Below are positions 16,203 to 25,218 of a stretch of DNA of 25,263 nucleotides, piece by piece (positions within the stretch are counted from its first letter, which is position 1; each line of letters opens with the position of its first letter). Location: contig JBBQSO010000079.1 in NCBI GenBank assembly GCA_038213805.1, positions 1 through 25,263 on the forward strand, in the 5' to 3' direction. The position numbers and the translations under genes are program-made. Under the pieces are notes generated by a model that saw only the letters and a program-made list of their open reading frames with translations, did not search any database and was not told where the DNA came from. The DNA is from Planctomycetota bacterium. Lineage in GTDB: Bacteria > Planctomycetota > UBA11346.

Positions 16203-17750
16203 ATGTCCCCCCGTTCCACGTCCTGGGCATTGCTCGGCCTCTTCCTGGCCGCCGGTTACGGGGGCCAGGTCCACGCCGCCACCGCCGCCAGCGCCGCAGA
16301 CCAGAATCCGGTTAACCAGCGCTGGCTCGACGCGCGCGAGGGGCAGCGCCGGGGCCGCGCCGGCCTGCACAAGGATGCCGAGGCCGACAAGGTCGAGCGC
16401 GCCAAGAAGGCGGTGAAGGTCGCGCTGGAACTGGTGGCGAAGGCCCGCGACCTGCGCGTGCCGGGTCAGGACGCGTTCTTCGCGCGCGTCACCGCCTTCA
16501 TCGGACGCCTCGACCGCGCGCAGGCGGAAACCGTCACCGCCGCCCTCAAGGACCTGCCGGCCGAGCCGGGCAGCGCCGACGCCAAGCTGGTGCGCGAGTG
16601 GACCGCATTCATTTCGGGCCGCCGCACCACGCTGATGAAGCCGACCGAGACCCTGGGCGACAAGGCGCTGGGCGTCGGGGTCTACGACATCGCCCACGAA
16701 TGCCTCGACGAGGTCCTGGCCTTCGACCCCGACAGCCCCGGCCTGCGCAAGGCGCTCAACCTGACCAAGGTCGGCGAACGCTGGTACGGACCCAAGGACA
16801 TGGAACTGGTCAAGGCCGGCCTGGTGTGGGACGACAAGCTCGGCTGGATCGTCGCGAAGGAGGCGGCGCGCTACGCCACGGGCGACTACTTCGACGTGCA
16901 GGCCAAGCGCTGGACGACGCTGGCGGAAGCCAACGCCGCGCACGCCACGCTCGACAAGGAGTGGCTCGTCCAGACCGAACACCTCGAGATCCGCGGCAAC
17001 GCGCCGCTCGCCGCGCTGGTCGGCTCGGCGAACGCGCTCGAGGGTTTCTATGCGCAGATCTTCTCGGCCTACTGCGCCTTCTTCGCCAAGGACAAGGGCG
17101 ATGTGAAGTTGATCTTCGGCCTGCTCGACCATCCCCGGCTCGCGATTTCGATCACCGCCGATCACGACTCCTACGTCAAGTCGCTGCCCAGTGGTGTGAC
17201 CGCGGGCTGGTCGGCGGGCATGTGGATCCCGGCGGCGAACTCGTCGTTCTTCTTCGCCGGGCCGAAGGAACTGATGTTCCACGAATTCACCCACCAGATC
17301 CTCGGCGTGTTCAGTGGTCATGGCGGGGCGCCGGTGTGGGTGGTCGAGGGCGCCGCGGTCTACACCCAATCGCCGACCTACGATGCCGACGGCCGCCTGG
17401 TGCTGGGCGTCCCCGAGAGGAACCACGACATCCGCCGCTACCTGGCTGAGGTGCAGAGCAAGAGCGCGATGCCGCTCGACCAACTCTTCGCCATCGACTA
17501 CGCGGGGTGGTCGGCGGCCAAGGATCCGGGCGCCCAGTACGCCGCCGCCGGTGCCGTGGTGCAGTTCTGCATGGAAGCCGAGCACCGCCGTTTCCGCGCC
17601 GACTTCATCGACTACCTGCGCGACGCTTACCTGGGCCAGACCCAGGGGCACGCGGTGTGGGACTATCTCGGCATGACGCGGGCGGGCTTCGCGTCGAGCT
17701 TCGCAAGCTGGGCAGAAGGCGGCGGGAAGTCGGGCGATCCGCGGATTTGA
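16203..17750 (+). CDS. Secreted protein with HExxH zinc-metallopeptidase-like (MA clan / DUF1570-like) domain
   Basis: AGGAG RBS; signal peptide MSPRSTSWALLGLFLAAGYGGQVHA; FHEFTHQ followed by PVWVVEGAAVY. Confidence 0.78.
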   Translation: MSPRSTSWALLGLFLAAGYGGQVHAATAASAADQNPVNQRWLDAREGQRRGRAGLHKDAEADKVERAKKAVKVALELVAKARDLRVPGQDAFFARVTAFIGRLDRAQAETVTAALKDLPAEPGSADAKLVREWTAFISGRRTTLMKPTETLGDKALGVGVYDIAHECLDEVLAFDPDSPGLRKALNLTKVGERWYGPKDMELVKAGLVWDDKLGWIVAKEAARYATGDYFDVQAKRWTTLAEANAAHATLDKEWLVQTEHLEIRGNAPLAALVGSANALEGFYAQIFSAYCAFFAKDKGDVKLIFGLLDHPRLAISITADHDSYVKSLPSGVTAGWSAGMWIPAANSSFFFAGPKELMFHEFTHQILGVFSGHGGAPVWVVEGAAVYTQSPTYDADGRLVLGVPERNHDIRRYLAEVQSKSAMPLDQLFAIDYAGWSAAKDPGAQYAAAGAVVQFCMEAEHRRFRADFIDYLRDAYLGQTQGHAVWDYLGMTRAGFASSFASWAEGGGKSGDPRI

Positions 17751-17769
17751 CCGGCGGCGAACCGGCCGG
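17751..17769 (+). terminator. GC hairpin after the stop codon
   Basis: CCGGCGGCGAACCGGCCGG forms an imperfect stem-loop without a U-tract. Confidence 0.3.
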
Positions 17770-17965
17770 ACGGACAGCCGGGGATGACCGGACGTTCCAG
17801 ATTGATGGAGTTTAGCCCGGCTTCCTCTGGTTCGCCTCTCTGGTCCTCAATGGTTTTTCACGCTGATCCTGCACCTTTGCGCCTGTGAGGCACTCGGCCG
17901 GTCAACAGCCGCCGGGCACGCGGTATCACTTGGCCGCCACACGCCCGCATTTCACGAGGAACCCG

Positions 17966-19882
17966 ATGCTCCGTCCCCTCGTCCTGACCCTCGCCTGCAT
18001 GCTGGCCGCGACTGCGGCCGATGAACTCGCCGCCATCCCCCGTCGCCTGCCCGCCCCCGGCGTGCCCCTGCCCGAGGCGGAGCGCGCGGCGCTCAGCAAG
18101 GAGCTGGCCGCACTCACGCCGCGCCTGGCCAAGGCCGGAGCACACGCGGCCGATGCCCAGGTCTTCGCCAAGGCCGTGGCCTACGCGCTGCGCTTCGACG
18201 AGTTCTACGACCTGGCCAAGGACGTGCCCAAGGCGCACTGGGCGCTCGCCCAGGCGGTGGAGCGCCTCGACCACCTCGACGCGGCGCCGTGGGCGCAGCA
18301 GCCCGGCCCACAGGCGCTGGCCTACGTCTCGGCGGTCGACGGCTCGGTGCAGCCCTATGGCGTGGTCATCCCCGAGCACCTGCCGGCGGGCAAGGTGCCG
18401 CTCTACATCTGGCTGCATGGCCGCGATGAGAAAGGCACCGACCTGCACTTCCTGTGGGCGCGCGCCCACGACCGGGGCGAGGTCCACCCCGACGACGCCC
18501 TCGTCGTGCACGCCTTCGGCCGCCAGTGCATCGGCTTCAAGTCGGCGGGTGAGACCGATGTCATCGACGTCGTCGAGGCGGTGAAGCAGCGCTACCAGAT
18601 CGACCCCGAGCGCATCGTGCTGATGGGCTTCTCGATGGGCGGCGGCGGTTCGAAGCAGGTCGCCGCGCACTACACCGACCACTACTGCGCCATCCACACC
18701 GGCGCCGGCTTCGCCGAGACCGCGCGCTTCTGCCACCTGAAGAAGGAGGACTTTCCGCCCGCGTATGAGCAGACGCTGTGGCAGGTCTACGACGTGCCGA
18801 ACTACGTGCGCAATCTCTTCAACGTGCCGTTCTCCTGCTACAGCGGCGAGAAGGACGGGCAGAAGCAGGCCGCCGACGTGCTCGCCGAAGCCTTCACCGG
18901 CGAGGGCCGCACCCTCACCCAGTACATCGGCCCGGGCGCCGGCCACTGGTACGAGAAGGCGACGCTGACGCGCATCCTCAGCGATCTGCACGAGCAGGTC
19001 GCCAAGGGCCGCCCGCACGATCCGCCCGCGCTGAGTCTGCAGACGCGCACCTTGCGCTACCCGCGCATGTTCTGGCTGCAGGCCGAGGGACTGGAGCACC
19101 ACTGGCAGGACACCCGCATCGACGCCACCGCGCAAGGCGCGACCGCGACGCTCGCCACGGTCAACCTGACGCGCGTGAAGGTCGCGTGGCCCGGCCTGGC
19201 GCACGGTGGCACCGTCACCATCGACGGCCAGGCCGTGGCGGTGCCAGCCGCGCCCGCCGGTGCGACCCTGATCAAGGACACCGGACGCTGGCGGACCGCG
19301 GCGCCTGCCGACGACGCCGGACTGCGCAAGCGCCCCGGCCTGCAGGGCCCGATCGACGACATCTTCATGGAGCCGTTCCTGGTCGTCATGCCCAGCGGCA
19401 CCTCGCCGAACGTGCGCTTCCAGCGCTGGGTGGAGTTCGAGTCGCAGCACTTCCGCGAGCGCTGGGCCGGCGTCCTGCGCGGTGAACTGCGCGAAAAGAA
19501 GGACAGCGAGGTGACTGCCGACGATCTCGCCCGCTACCACGTGCTGGCCTGGGGTGACGCCGCTTCGAACACCCTGATCGCGCGCACCCTGACCAAGCTG
19601 CCGATCGCCTGGGACGCGCAGGACATCCACGTCGGCGCGCAGGCCTATCCCGCCGCCAGCCACGCCCTGGCGCTGATCCAGCCCAACCCCCTCAGCCCGG
19701 GCAAGTACCTGGTGCTGAACAGCGGCGTGACCTTCCGCGAATCTGACGACCGCAACAACGCCATGCAGAACCCCAAGCTGCCGGACTGGGCGGTCATCGA
19801 CCTCGACAAGGCCCCGGACGAACACGCAGCCGGCGGCATCACCGCCGCGGGGTTTTTCGATGAGGCGTGGAAGGTGAAATAG
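17966..19882 (+). CDS. Secreted alpha/beta-hydrolase (S9 peptidase/esterase-like)
   Basis: GAGG RBS; signal peptide; DGSVQPYG, WLHGR, nucleophile elbow GFSMGG, GEKD, GAGH. Confidence 0.85.
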   Translation: MLRPLVLTLACMLAATAADELAAIPRRLPAPGVPLPEAERAALSKELAALTPRLAKAGAHAADAQVFAKAVAYALRFDEFYDLAKDVPKAHWALAQAVERLDHLDAAPWAQQPGPQALAYVSAVDGSVQPYGVVIPEHLPAGKVPLYIWLHGRDEKGTDLHFLWARAHDRGEVHPDDALVVHAFGRQCIGFKSAGETDVIDVVEAVKQRYQIDPERIVLMGFSMGGGGSKQVAAHYTDHYCAIHTGAGFAETARFCHLKKEDFPPAYEQTLWQVYDVPNYVRNLFNVPFSCYSGEKDGQKQAADVLAEAFTGEGRTLTQYIGPGAGHWYEKATLTRILSDLHEQVAKGRPHDPPALSLQTRTLRYPRMFWLQAEGLEHHWQDTRIDATAQGATATLATVNLTRVKVAWPGLAHGGTVTIDGQAVAVPAAPAGATLIKDTGRWRTAAPADDAGLRKRPGLQGPIDDIFMEPFLVVMPSGTSPNVRFQRWVEFESQHFRERWAGVLRGELREKKDSEVTADDLARYHVLAWGDAASNTLIARTLTKLPIAWDAQDIHVGAQAYPAASHALALIQPNPLSPGKYLVLNSGVTFRESDDRNNAMQNPKLPDWAVIDLDKAPDEHAAGGITAAGFFDEAWKVK

Positions 19883-19884
19883 AC

Positions 19885-19993
19885 AGTCCGGAAGTCCGGA
19901 GGTCCGGAAGTCTCGTATGAAAACATCTGATCCAAGGCATGTGCCACGGGAGTCCGGTGGCCGTCGACTTCCGGACTCCCGGACTTCCGGACC
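19885..19993. repeat. Inverted octamer arrays (AGTCCGGA)n / (TCCGGACT)n between convergent genes
   Basis: 27-bp arms at 19886-19912 and 19966-19992 with 2 differences, separated by a 53-nt spacer. Confidence 0.9.
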
Positions 19994-19998
19994 CTCCG

Positions 19999-20700
19999 CT
20001 ATGGCCTGCCCACCACCTCCAACACCACCCCGCCCTTCGCATCCAGCAGCTTCTTCAGACTGCCATCCGCGGCTGCCTCGACGCTGAAGGATTCGCCTGC
20101 AATTGACACCTGCGGGCCGGTCCAGGTCAGTGCGAGCGGGTCGGCTGCGCGCGTACCGAACAGATCGACCAGGCGCGTCTGGCCGTTGCCGCCCGCGTGC
20201 CAGGCCAACGCCAATTCCAGCGGCGCGAGGTGCAGGTCCCAGGCGATAGCCCCGGCGAGCACGCGCACTTGCGGATCGTTGTGCTGCTCGCCGCCCTCTC
20301 CGACTACCACGTCGCGCGTGACCTTATAGCCCGGCGGTCTGGCGTTCGGCACCACCTGCGAGGCCGTATCACGGCCGTTCCAGGCGATCACGCGCAGCTG
20401 GTCGTCGACCAGCACGAAAGGGCAGTCGCTGACCACCACGCGGCCGAGGGCCTCGGGGGCTGGCGGGGTGTAGACCACTTCGAGCGCACGCTTGCCGCCG
20501 AAGCGCGCGTCGGCACTGCGCAGGCGCGCCCAGAACGGCTGGCCATTCCAGGTGCCATGCAGCTCCTGGTCGGGCTTGGCCAGGGTCGGCAGAGTCGCGG
20601 AGACGTTGCCCGGATCGGGCGGCACGTCGGCGGCGCGCAGCGCGCTTGGCGTCACCAGGCAGGCGGTGAACAGGCTGGCCATCAGGCAGGGGATGCGCAT
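19999..20700 (-). CDS. Secreted hypothetical protein
   Basis: Signal-peptide-like N-terminus, GGAG upstream, operon-like spacing to the upstream gene. Confidence 0.72.
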   Translation of the reverse strand: MRIPCLMASLFTACLVTPSALRAADVPPDPGNVSATLPTLAKPDQELHGTWNGQPFWARLRSADARFGGKRALEVVYTPPAPEALGRVVVSDCPFVLVDDQLRVIAWNGRDTASQVVPNARPPGYKVTRDVVVGEGGEQHNDPQVRVLAGAIAWDLHLAPLELALAWHAGGNGQTRLVDLFGTRAADPLALTWTGPQVSIAGESFSVEAAADGSLKKLLDAKGGVVLEVVGRP

Positions 20701-20712
20701 CGGAGCTCCGCG

Positions 20713-21204
20713 TCAGGGACCGCGCCGTCTCAGCCAACCGAGGCCGCAGCAGGCCAGGCCGGCGAGGACCATGGCCATGCCTTGCTCATGGTTCAAACCG
20801 CCCGCGTTGGCGGCTTCGGAAACCATGAACGCGGTACCCTCGGGATCGTTCAGCTTGAAGAACACGCGCCGGCCGCGCCCCTCGTGCAGATAGGTGCGCT
20901 CGAGGGCGGCGGCCCGCTCGGGATCGACCAGGGGGTCATCGACCGGGCGGAAGCCGCGATCGGCCTGGGTCCAGCCGAGCAGGTGCACGCGCGGCGCCTT
21001 GGGCGAGGCAGGCAGCTCGTACTCGTAAATGACGCTGAAGCGCACCTTGCCGCCCTCAGCCGGCAGCGGCAGGACCTCGAGGACGCGCGCCCACACCATC
21101 TGGTAGCGCGCCATCGCGCGCGCCATCGGCCACACCAGGACTCCACCGATCACCACCAGCGCGAAGCCAAGCACGATCAGCAGGCGGGCGGCTGATCTGC
21201 TCAC
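20713..21204 (-). CDS. Two-TM membrane protein (DUF3592-like architecture)
   Basis: GTG start overlaps the FAH stop (GTGA). N- and C-terminal hydrophobic helices flank a beta-rich part (VIYEY...VFFKLNDP). Confidence 0.7.
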   Translation of the reverse strand: MSRSAARLLIVLGFALVVIGGVLVWPMARAMARYQMVWARVLEVLPLPAEGGKVRFSVIYEYELPASPKAPRVHLLGWTQADRGFRPVDDPLVDPERAAALERTYLHEGRGRRVFFKLNDPEGTAFMVSEAANAGGLNHEQGMAMVLAGLACCGLGWLRRRGP

Positions 21205-22082
21205 GGGTGCACCAGGGCGACGCGGTTGCGCAGCCGCCCGAGATCGGCGCCGGGCGCGGCGATGGCGCATTCCACCAGCTCGCCGGGGGCAAGGTAGCGC
21301 GGCGGCTTGCGCCACTGACCGACCCCGGACGGCGTGCCGGTGCTGATGATGTCGCCGGGCTCCAGGGTCAGATGGTGGCTGATGTATGAGACCAGGCGCG
21401 GGATGCCGTGGATGAGGTCGTCGACCAGCGCGTCCTGCAGGGTCTCGCCGGCGATGGTGGTGGTGACGCGCAGCGCACGCGCATCGGGGACCTCGTCAGC
21501 GGTGACCAGGGCGGGGCCACAGGGCAGGAAGCCGTCGCAGCTCTTGGCGCGCAGCCACTGCCCGTCCTGCTGCTGCCAGACGCGCGCCGAGATGTCGTTC
21601 GCGACCATGTAGCCGGCGATGTGCGCCTGGGCGGTGTCCTCACCGACGTGGCGCGCACGCCGGCCGATGACCAGCGCCAGCTCGACCTCGTAGTCGGGGC
21701 CGCAGGCGGTGCCGGGCAGCGGGATGTCGTCCTCGGGGCCGGCCAGGGCGTTGGCGAACTTCGCGAACAGCAGGGGCTCGGCCGGGAAGGGCTTGCCCTG
21801 CTCCGCGGCGTGGGCCTTGTAGTTGAGGCCGATGCAGATGATCTTGCCCGGATCGGTAACGGGCGGACCGAGGCGCACGCCGGCGCGCGCGATGGTCGGC
21901 GCCGCGGCGCCGGCCGCGTCCATCAGCGTCGCGAGGCGCGGCAGGTGGCCACCCGCGAGCAGCAGACGTACGCTGCCTGGCAGTGTCGCATCGAGGTCGC
22001 GGACAGGCGTGATGCGCGTGCCGTCGTGATGGAGGATGCCGGGCTGTTCCGTGCCGGGCGTTCCGAAGCTCACCAGTCGCAT
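21201..22082 (-). CDS. Fumarylacetoacetate hydrolase family protein
   Basis: KIICIGLNYKAHAAE, DYEVELALVIG, NDISAR, W.RAKS.D.F.P.GP, LEPGDIISTGTPSGVG. Confidence 0.93.
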   Translation of the reverse strand: MRLVSFGTPGTEQPGILHHDGTRITPVRDLDATLPGSVRLLLAGGHLPRLATLMDAAGAAAPTIARAGVRLGPPVTDPGKIICIGLNYKAHAAEQGKPFPAEPLLFAKFANALAGPEDDIPLPGTACGPDYEVELALVIGRRARHVGEDTAQAHIAGYMVANDISARVWQQQDGQWLRAKSCDGFLPCGPALVTADEVPDARALRVTTTIAGETLQDALVDDLIHGIPRLVSYISHHLTLEPGDIISTGTPSGVGQWRKPPRYLAPGELVECAIAAPGADLGRLRNRVALVHP

Positions 22083-22165
22083 GATCGGCCCACTGTCGGC
22101 CGCCCGCCGTGGGCCGCAACCGCCGCCCGCCGAGCCCGCGGATGGCGCGTCACCCTCGCGAACCC

Positions 22166-22307
22166 GGCGATTCCTACCGCCAAGACGCCAAGCGAAGCCA
22201 GCGACGATGGAGGCCAGGCGCTGCTACGCTCACGAGATGCGCGGATGACCGGTGCGCGAGCGGCGATCCGCGCTTCGATCCTTGGTGTCCTGGCGGTCGA
22301 GATCGCC
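22166..22307. repeat. REP-like long imperfect inverted repeat (CGCCAAGA unit)
   Basis: ACCGCCAAGACGCCAAG (22176-22192) against CTTGGTGTCCTGGCGGT (22281-22297). Extended by GGCGAT/ATCGCC outside and CGAAGC/GCTTCG inside. Confidence 0.8.
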
Positions 22308-22315
22308 TGACACGT

Positions 22316-22798
22316 TCAGGGAGCGGCCGGCGCCGGTGCGCGTCGCTTGAAGCCGGCCTCGTCGAGGCCCTCGACCTCGCCGGCTGCAGTCAGCACGTAG
22401 GCGATCGGCGGCACGTCCTCCTTGGCGACCTCGCCGGCGGCGCCCCATGGCTCGCCACGAGCGATGCCGGCGTGGTTGGTATCACTCCACATCACCACGT
22501 AGTCGGCGGGCGCATCCGGCGGCGGCCGGCGGTAGCGGTAGACACCCGCGCCACGCACCGCCGGCGCCATGATCCCCAGGTGCGCGTCCTTGAGCAGCTG
22601 ACCGAGCCCGTCCGGCCACGCCTGGTGGTGGTCGCGGTAGGCCTGCAGCGCGGCGGCGAACTCCTTGAGCCGGGCCTGGCTGGCGAGGCGCTGGACCGCG
22701 GGACGCTCGGTGGCGGAGCGCAGCGAGCGGTTGACCAGCATCGCCCCGGCGGCGAGCACCGCGAGCATCAGGATGGCGACCAGCGTGGCCTTGTTCAT
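22316..22798 (-). CDS. Membrane-anchored pseudopilin-like hypothetical protein
   Basis: N-terminal hydrophobic helix, then RLKEFAAALQAYRDHHQAWPDGLGQL, resembling the GspG-like helix; no canonical G|FTLxE cleavage site. Confidence 0.6.
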   Translation of the reverse strand: MNKATLVAILMLAVLAAGAMLVNRSLRSATERPAVQRLASQARLKEFAAALQAYRDHHQAWPDGLGQLLKDAHLGIMAPAVRGAGVYRYRRPPPDAPADYVVMWSDTNHAGIARGEPWGAAGEVAKEDVPPIAYVLTAAGEVEGLDEAGFKRRAPAPAAP

Positions 22799-22836
22799 GC
22801 GCGACGCTCCCGCCTGGCGTAAGGTGGGCCCGGATG

Positions 22837-23607
22837 TCAGGTCGAGGAATAGAAACCAGAGCCGAACTGGAGCTTGCCGGTGTCATCGGAGAGCAGGCAG
22901 CGCTGCTCGATGTCCTTGCTCAGCCACTGGCCGTCCTCGAGGGTCAGGCGCAGGCCGATCTGGACCTTGGCCGGCGCCGGGCTGTTGGCGTGATCGAGGA
23001 TGCAGCGCCGATGCACGCCTCCCCACAGGTCGCAACTCAGGCGGCGACCGGTCTTGACCAGTTCGAGGTTGCGCGTCCAGCCATGCTCGACCAGGCCGTG
23101 GCGCAGGCGCCCGGCCAGGCGCGGCTCGATACGTACCTTGCGCCAGTCCTGTTCGGCAGGACGGCGGCACAGGAACCACGCGCACAGGCGGTCGAGTTGC
23201 GCATCGGCCAGGCCACCCCAATAGGCGGCGTCGTTGTCGATGACCTCGACCCAGGGCTGATTGCGCTCCTCGGCCCAGGCGATCAGGCTGCGGTCGGCGG
23301 GCGGCTTGCCGGTCGACGGGTCGCCGGCGACGAAGAACACCGATCCGCTCGCCACGCCCTCGGTCTTGCTGACCCGGCTGTCGCTGAGCATCTCACGCAG
23401 GCTGACGCCGACGCGGGTGCCCTCCTGGACACGCTCAAGCTGCGGCTGTGAGCCCTCGACCAGCAGCCAGCCATTGGCCATGCCCTGGTTGTCGGCGAAA
23501 TTAAGCGCCTCGTGGGTGCTCATGTGGGTCAGGCCCACCACCCGGGAAGCGCTGCGCGCATGCGGCGGGTAACCGACCATGGTCATCGACCAATTGAGCA
23601 ACGCCAT
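22837..23607 (-). CDS. Hypothetical cytoplasmic protein
   Basis: Starts MALLNWSMTMVGYPPHARS after a GAGG RBS, with normal globular composition. The ORF-track extension to 23901 is low-complexity intergenic sequence. Confidence 0.75.
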   Translation of the reverse strand: MALLNWSMTMVGYPPHARSASRVVGLTHMSTHEALNFADNQGMANGWLLVEGSQPQLERVQEGTRVGVSLREMLSDSRVSKTEGVASGSVFFVAGDPSTGKPPADRSLIAWAEERNQPWVEVIDNDAAYWGGLADAQLDRLCAWFLCRRPAEQDWRKVRIEPRLAGRLRHGLVEHGWTRNLELVKTGRRLSCDLWGGVHRRCILDHANSPAPAKVQIGLRLTLEDGQWLSKDIEQRCLLSDDTGKLQFGSGFYSST

Positions 23608-23663
23608 CGAGGTCCTCTGCGGATGGATGCTAGTAGGGACGTTGAAGGCTACAACGGTGAGGA

Positions 23664-23900
23664 AGGGGAAGGCTGAGGGGAGCAGGAGGGCGGGACTGAG
23701 GAAGGAAAGCCGGGAGAGACGCACCATGAAGGTCTGCCGACACCGGCGCGATCCACTGCTCGCTAAATGCTGCCCTTCCTGTCCTTTTGTATGCTTTCCC
23801 ATTCCGCCCACGTGCCTCCCACTGCTGCGCTCTTGCCGCCCCTTCCTGCCTCCCCCGCTGCCCGCTTGTCTCCCCCCCTTGCCTTCCCCTGCTCCCCTCA
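23664..23900. repeat. Purine-rich and pyrimidine-rich inverted tracts between divergent genes
   Basis: TGAGGGGAGCAGG (23674-23686) against CCTGCTCCCCTCA (23888-23900). AGGGGAAGGC (23664-23673) against GCCTTCCCCT (23881-23890). Confidence 0.6.
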
Positions 23901-23913
23901 CCTACTGCGAGTG

Positions 23914-25032
23914 ATGCCCGCCGTCCGCCACCTCTACCTGCACGTGCCCTACTGCCAGGCAAAGTGCCCGTACTGCGACTTCAACTCCATCGCCGGGCGC
24001 GACGACGAGCATGCGGCTTATGTCCAGGCCCTGCTCGCCGAGGTCCGCCGGCTGCCGCGCGGGCCCTACGACACGGTGTTCATCGGCGGGGGCACCCCGA
24101 CGCTGCTCGGGCCACGCCTGCTGGAGGGGCTGCTCGCCGGCCTGCGCGACCACCTGCTGCTGGCGGACGGCTACGAGTGGACCTGCGAGGCCAACCCGGG
24201 CAGCAGCGACGCCGAGCGCTTCGCCATCCTCGCCGCGCACGGCGTCAACCGCCTCAGCCTGGGCGTGCAGTCGACCCACGACCACCACCTCGCCTTCCTC
24301 GGGCGCGTGCACCGCGGCGCCGAGGCCGAGCGCGCCCTGACCCTGGCGCGCGCCGCGGTGCCGCGCGTCAGCGCCGATCTGATCATGGGCCTGCCTGATC
24401 AGACTTCTGCGGAACTCGCCGCCGACCTGGAGCTGTACCGTCGCCACGATCTCGCCCACGCCTCGGTCTACCACCTGACCTACGAAACCGGCACCGAGTT
24501 CCACGCGCGGCGCGCGCGCGGCGAGCTCACCGACATCGCGCCGGAGCGCAGCCGCGCGCTCTTCGCCCAGGCCTGGGACGGCCTCGCCGCGCTCGGGCTG
24601 CAGGCCTACGAGACCAGCAATTTCGCGCGCGTCGGGCAGGAGTCGCGGCATAATCTCGCCTATTGGCTGCGCCGCGACTATCACGCGGCCGGCGCCGGCG
24701 CCGTCAGCACCGTGGCCGGCGTGCGCACCACGCGCGAGAAGCATCCCGCGCGCTACATCGCCGCCGTCGCCGCCGGCGATACCGCGCTGTGGAAGACTGA
24801 ACACCTGACTGCCGCCGAACTGCTCGCCGAGACCTGGATGCTTGGCCTGCGCTTGGCCGAGGGCGTCGCCACCGCCGACCTCGCCGCGGCCGGCGACCGC
24901 GAGGAGCGCTGGCGCCCGCGCGCCGCGGCGCTCATCGGCGAAGGCCTGCTGGAGGAGCGCGCCGGCCACCTCAGGTTGACCCGCGCCGCGCGCGCGGTGC
25001 AGGACGAGGTGACGGTGTATTTGCTGCCGTGA
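23914..25032 (+). CDS. hemW: Radical SAM heme chaperone HemW (HemN-like)
   Basis: HLYLHVPYCQAKCPYCDF, FIGGGTPT, EANP, NRLSLGVQS, YETSNFA, and the HNLAYW (HNxxYW) signature. Confidence 0.9.
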   Translation: MPAVRHLYLHVPYCQAKCPYCDFNSIAGRDDEHAAYVQALLAEVRRLPRGPYDTVFIGGGTPTLLGPRLLEGLLAGLRDHLLLADGYEWTCEANPGSSDAERFAILAAHGVNRLSLGVQSTHDHHLAFLGRVHRGAEAERALTLARAAVPRVSADLIMGLPDQTSAELAADLELYRRHDLAHASVYHLTYETGTEFHARRARGELTDIAPERSRALFAQAWDGLAALGLQAYETSNFARVGQESRHNLAYWLRRDYHAAGAGAVSTVAGVRTTREKHPARYIAAVAAGDTALWKTEHLTAAELLAETWMLGLRLAEGVATADLAAAGDREERWRPRAAALIGEGLLEERAGHLRLTRAARAVQDEVTVYLLP

Positions 25033-25044
25033 TCGCGACGGGGA

Positions 25045-25218
25045 ACGGATAAAACGGGAGACGCGGAGACGCGGAGGGAAGAGGAGGAGAGGTGAGGGGC
25101 AGGTCGCTTGGACGCGGGACGACGCTGAGTCCCTCACATCCGACGTCATCGCGAAGCATCGCGAAAAAATGTCCTCCAGGCTGGTCCATCCTCTTCCGAC
25201 CTCCGCGTCTCCGCGTCT
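25045..25218. repeat. REP-like inverted repeat built on the ACGCGGAG / CTCCGCGT octamer
   Basis: Perfect 19-bp arms AGACGCGGAGACGCGGAGG (25059-25077) and CCTCCGCGTCTCCGCGTCT (25200-25218), with inner extension GGAAGAGGA/TCCTCTTCC. The right arm stops abruptly at CT 25217-25218. Confidence 0.9.
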
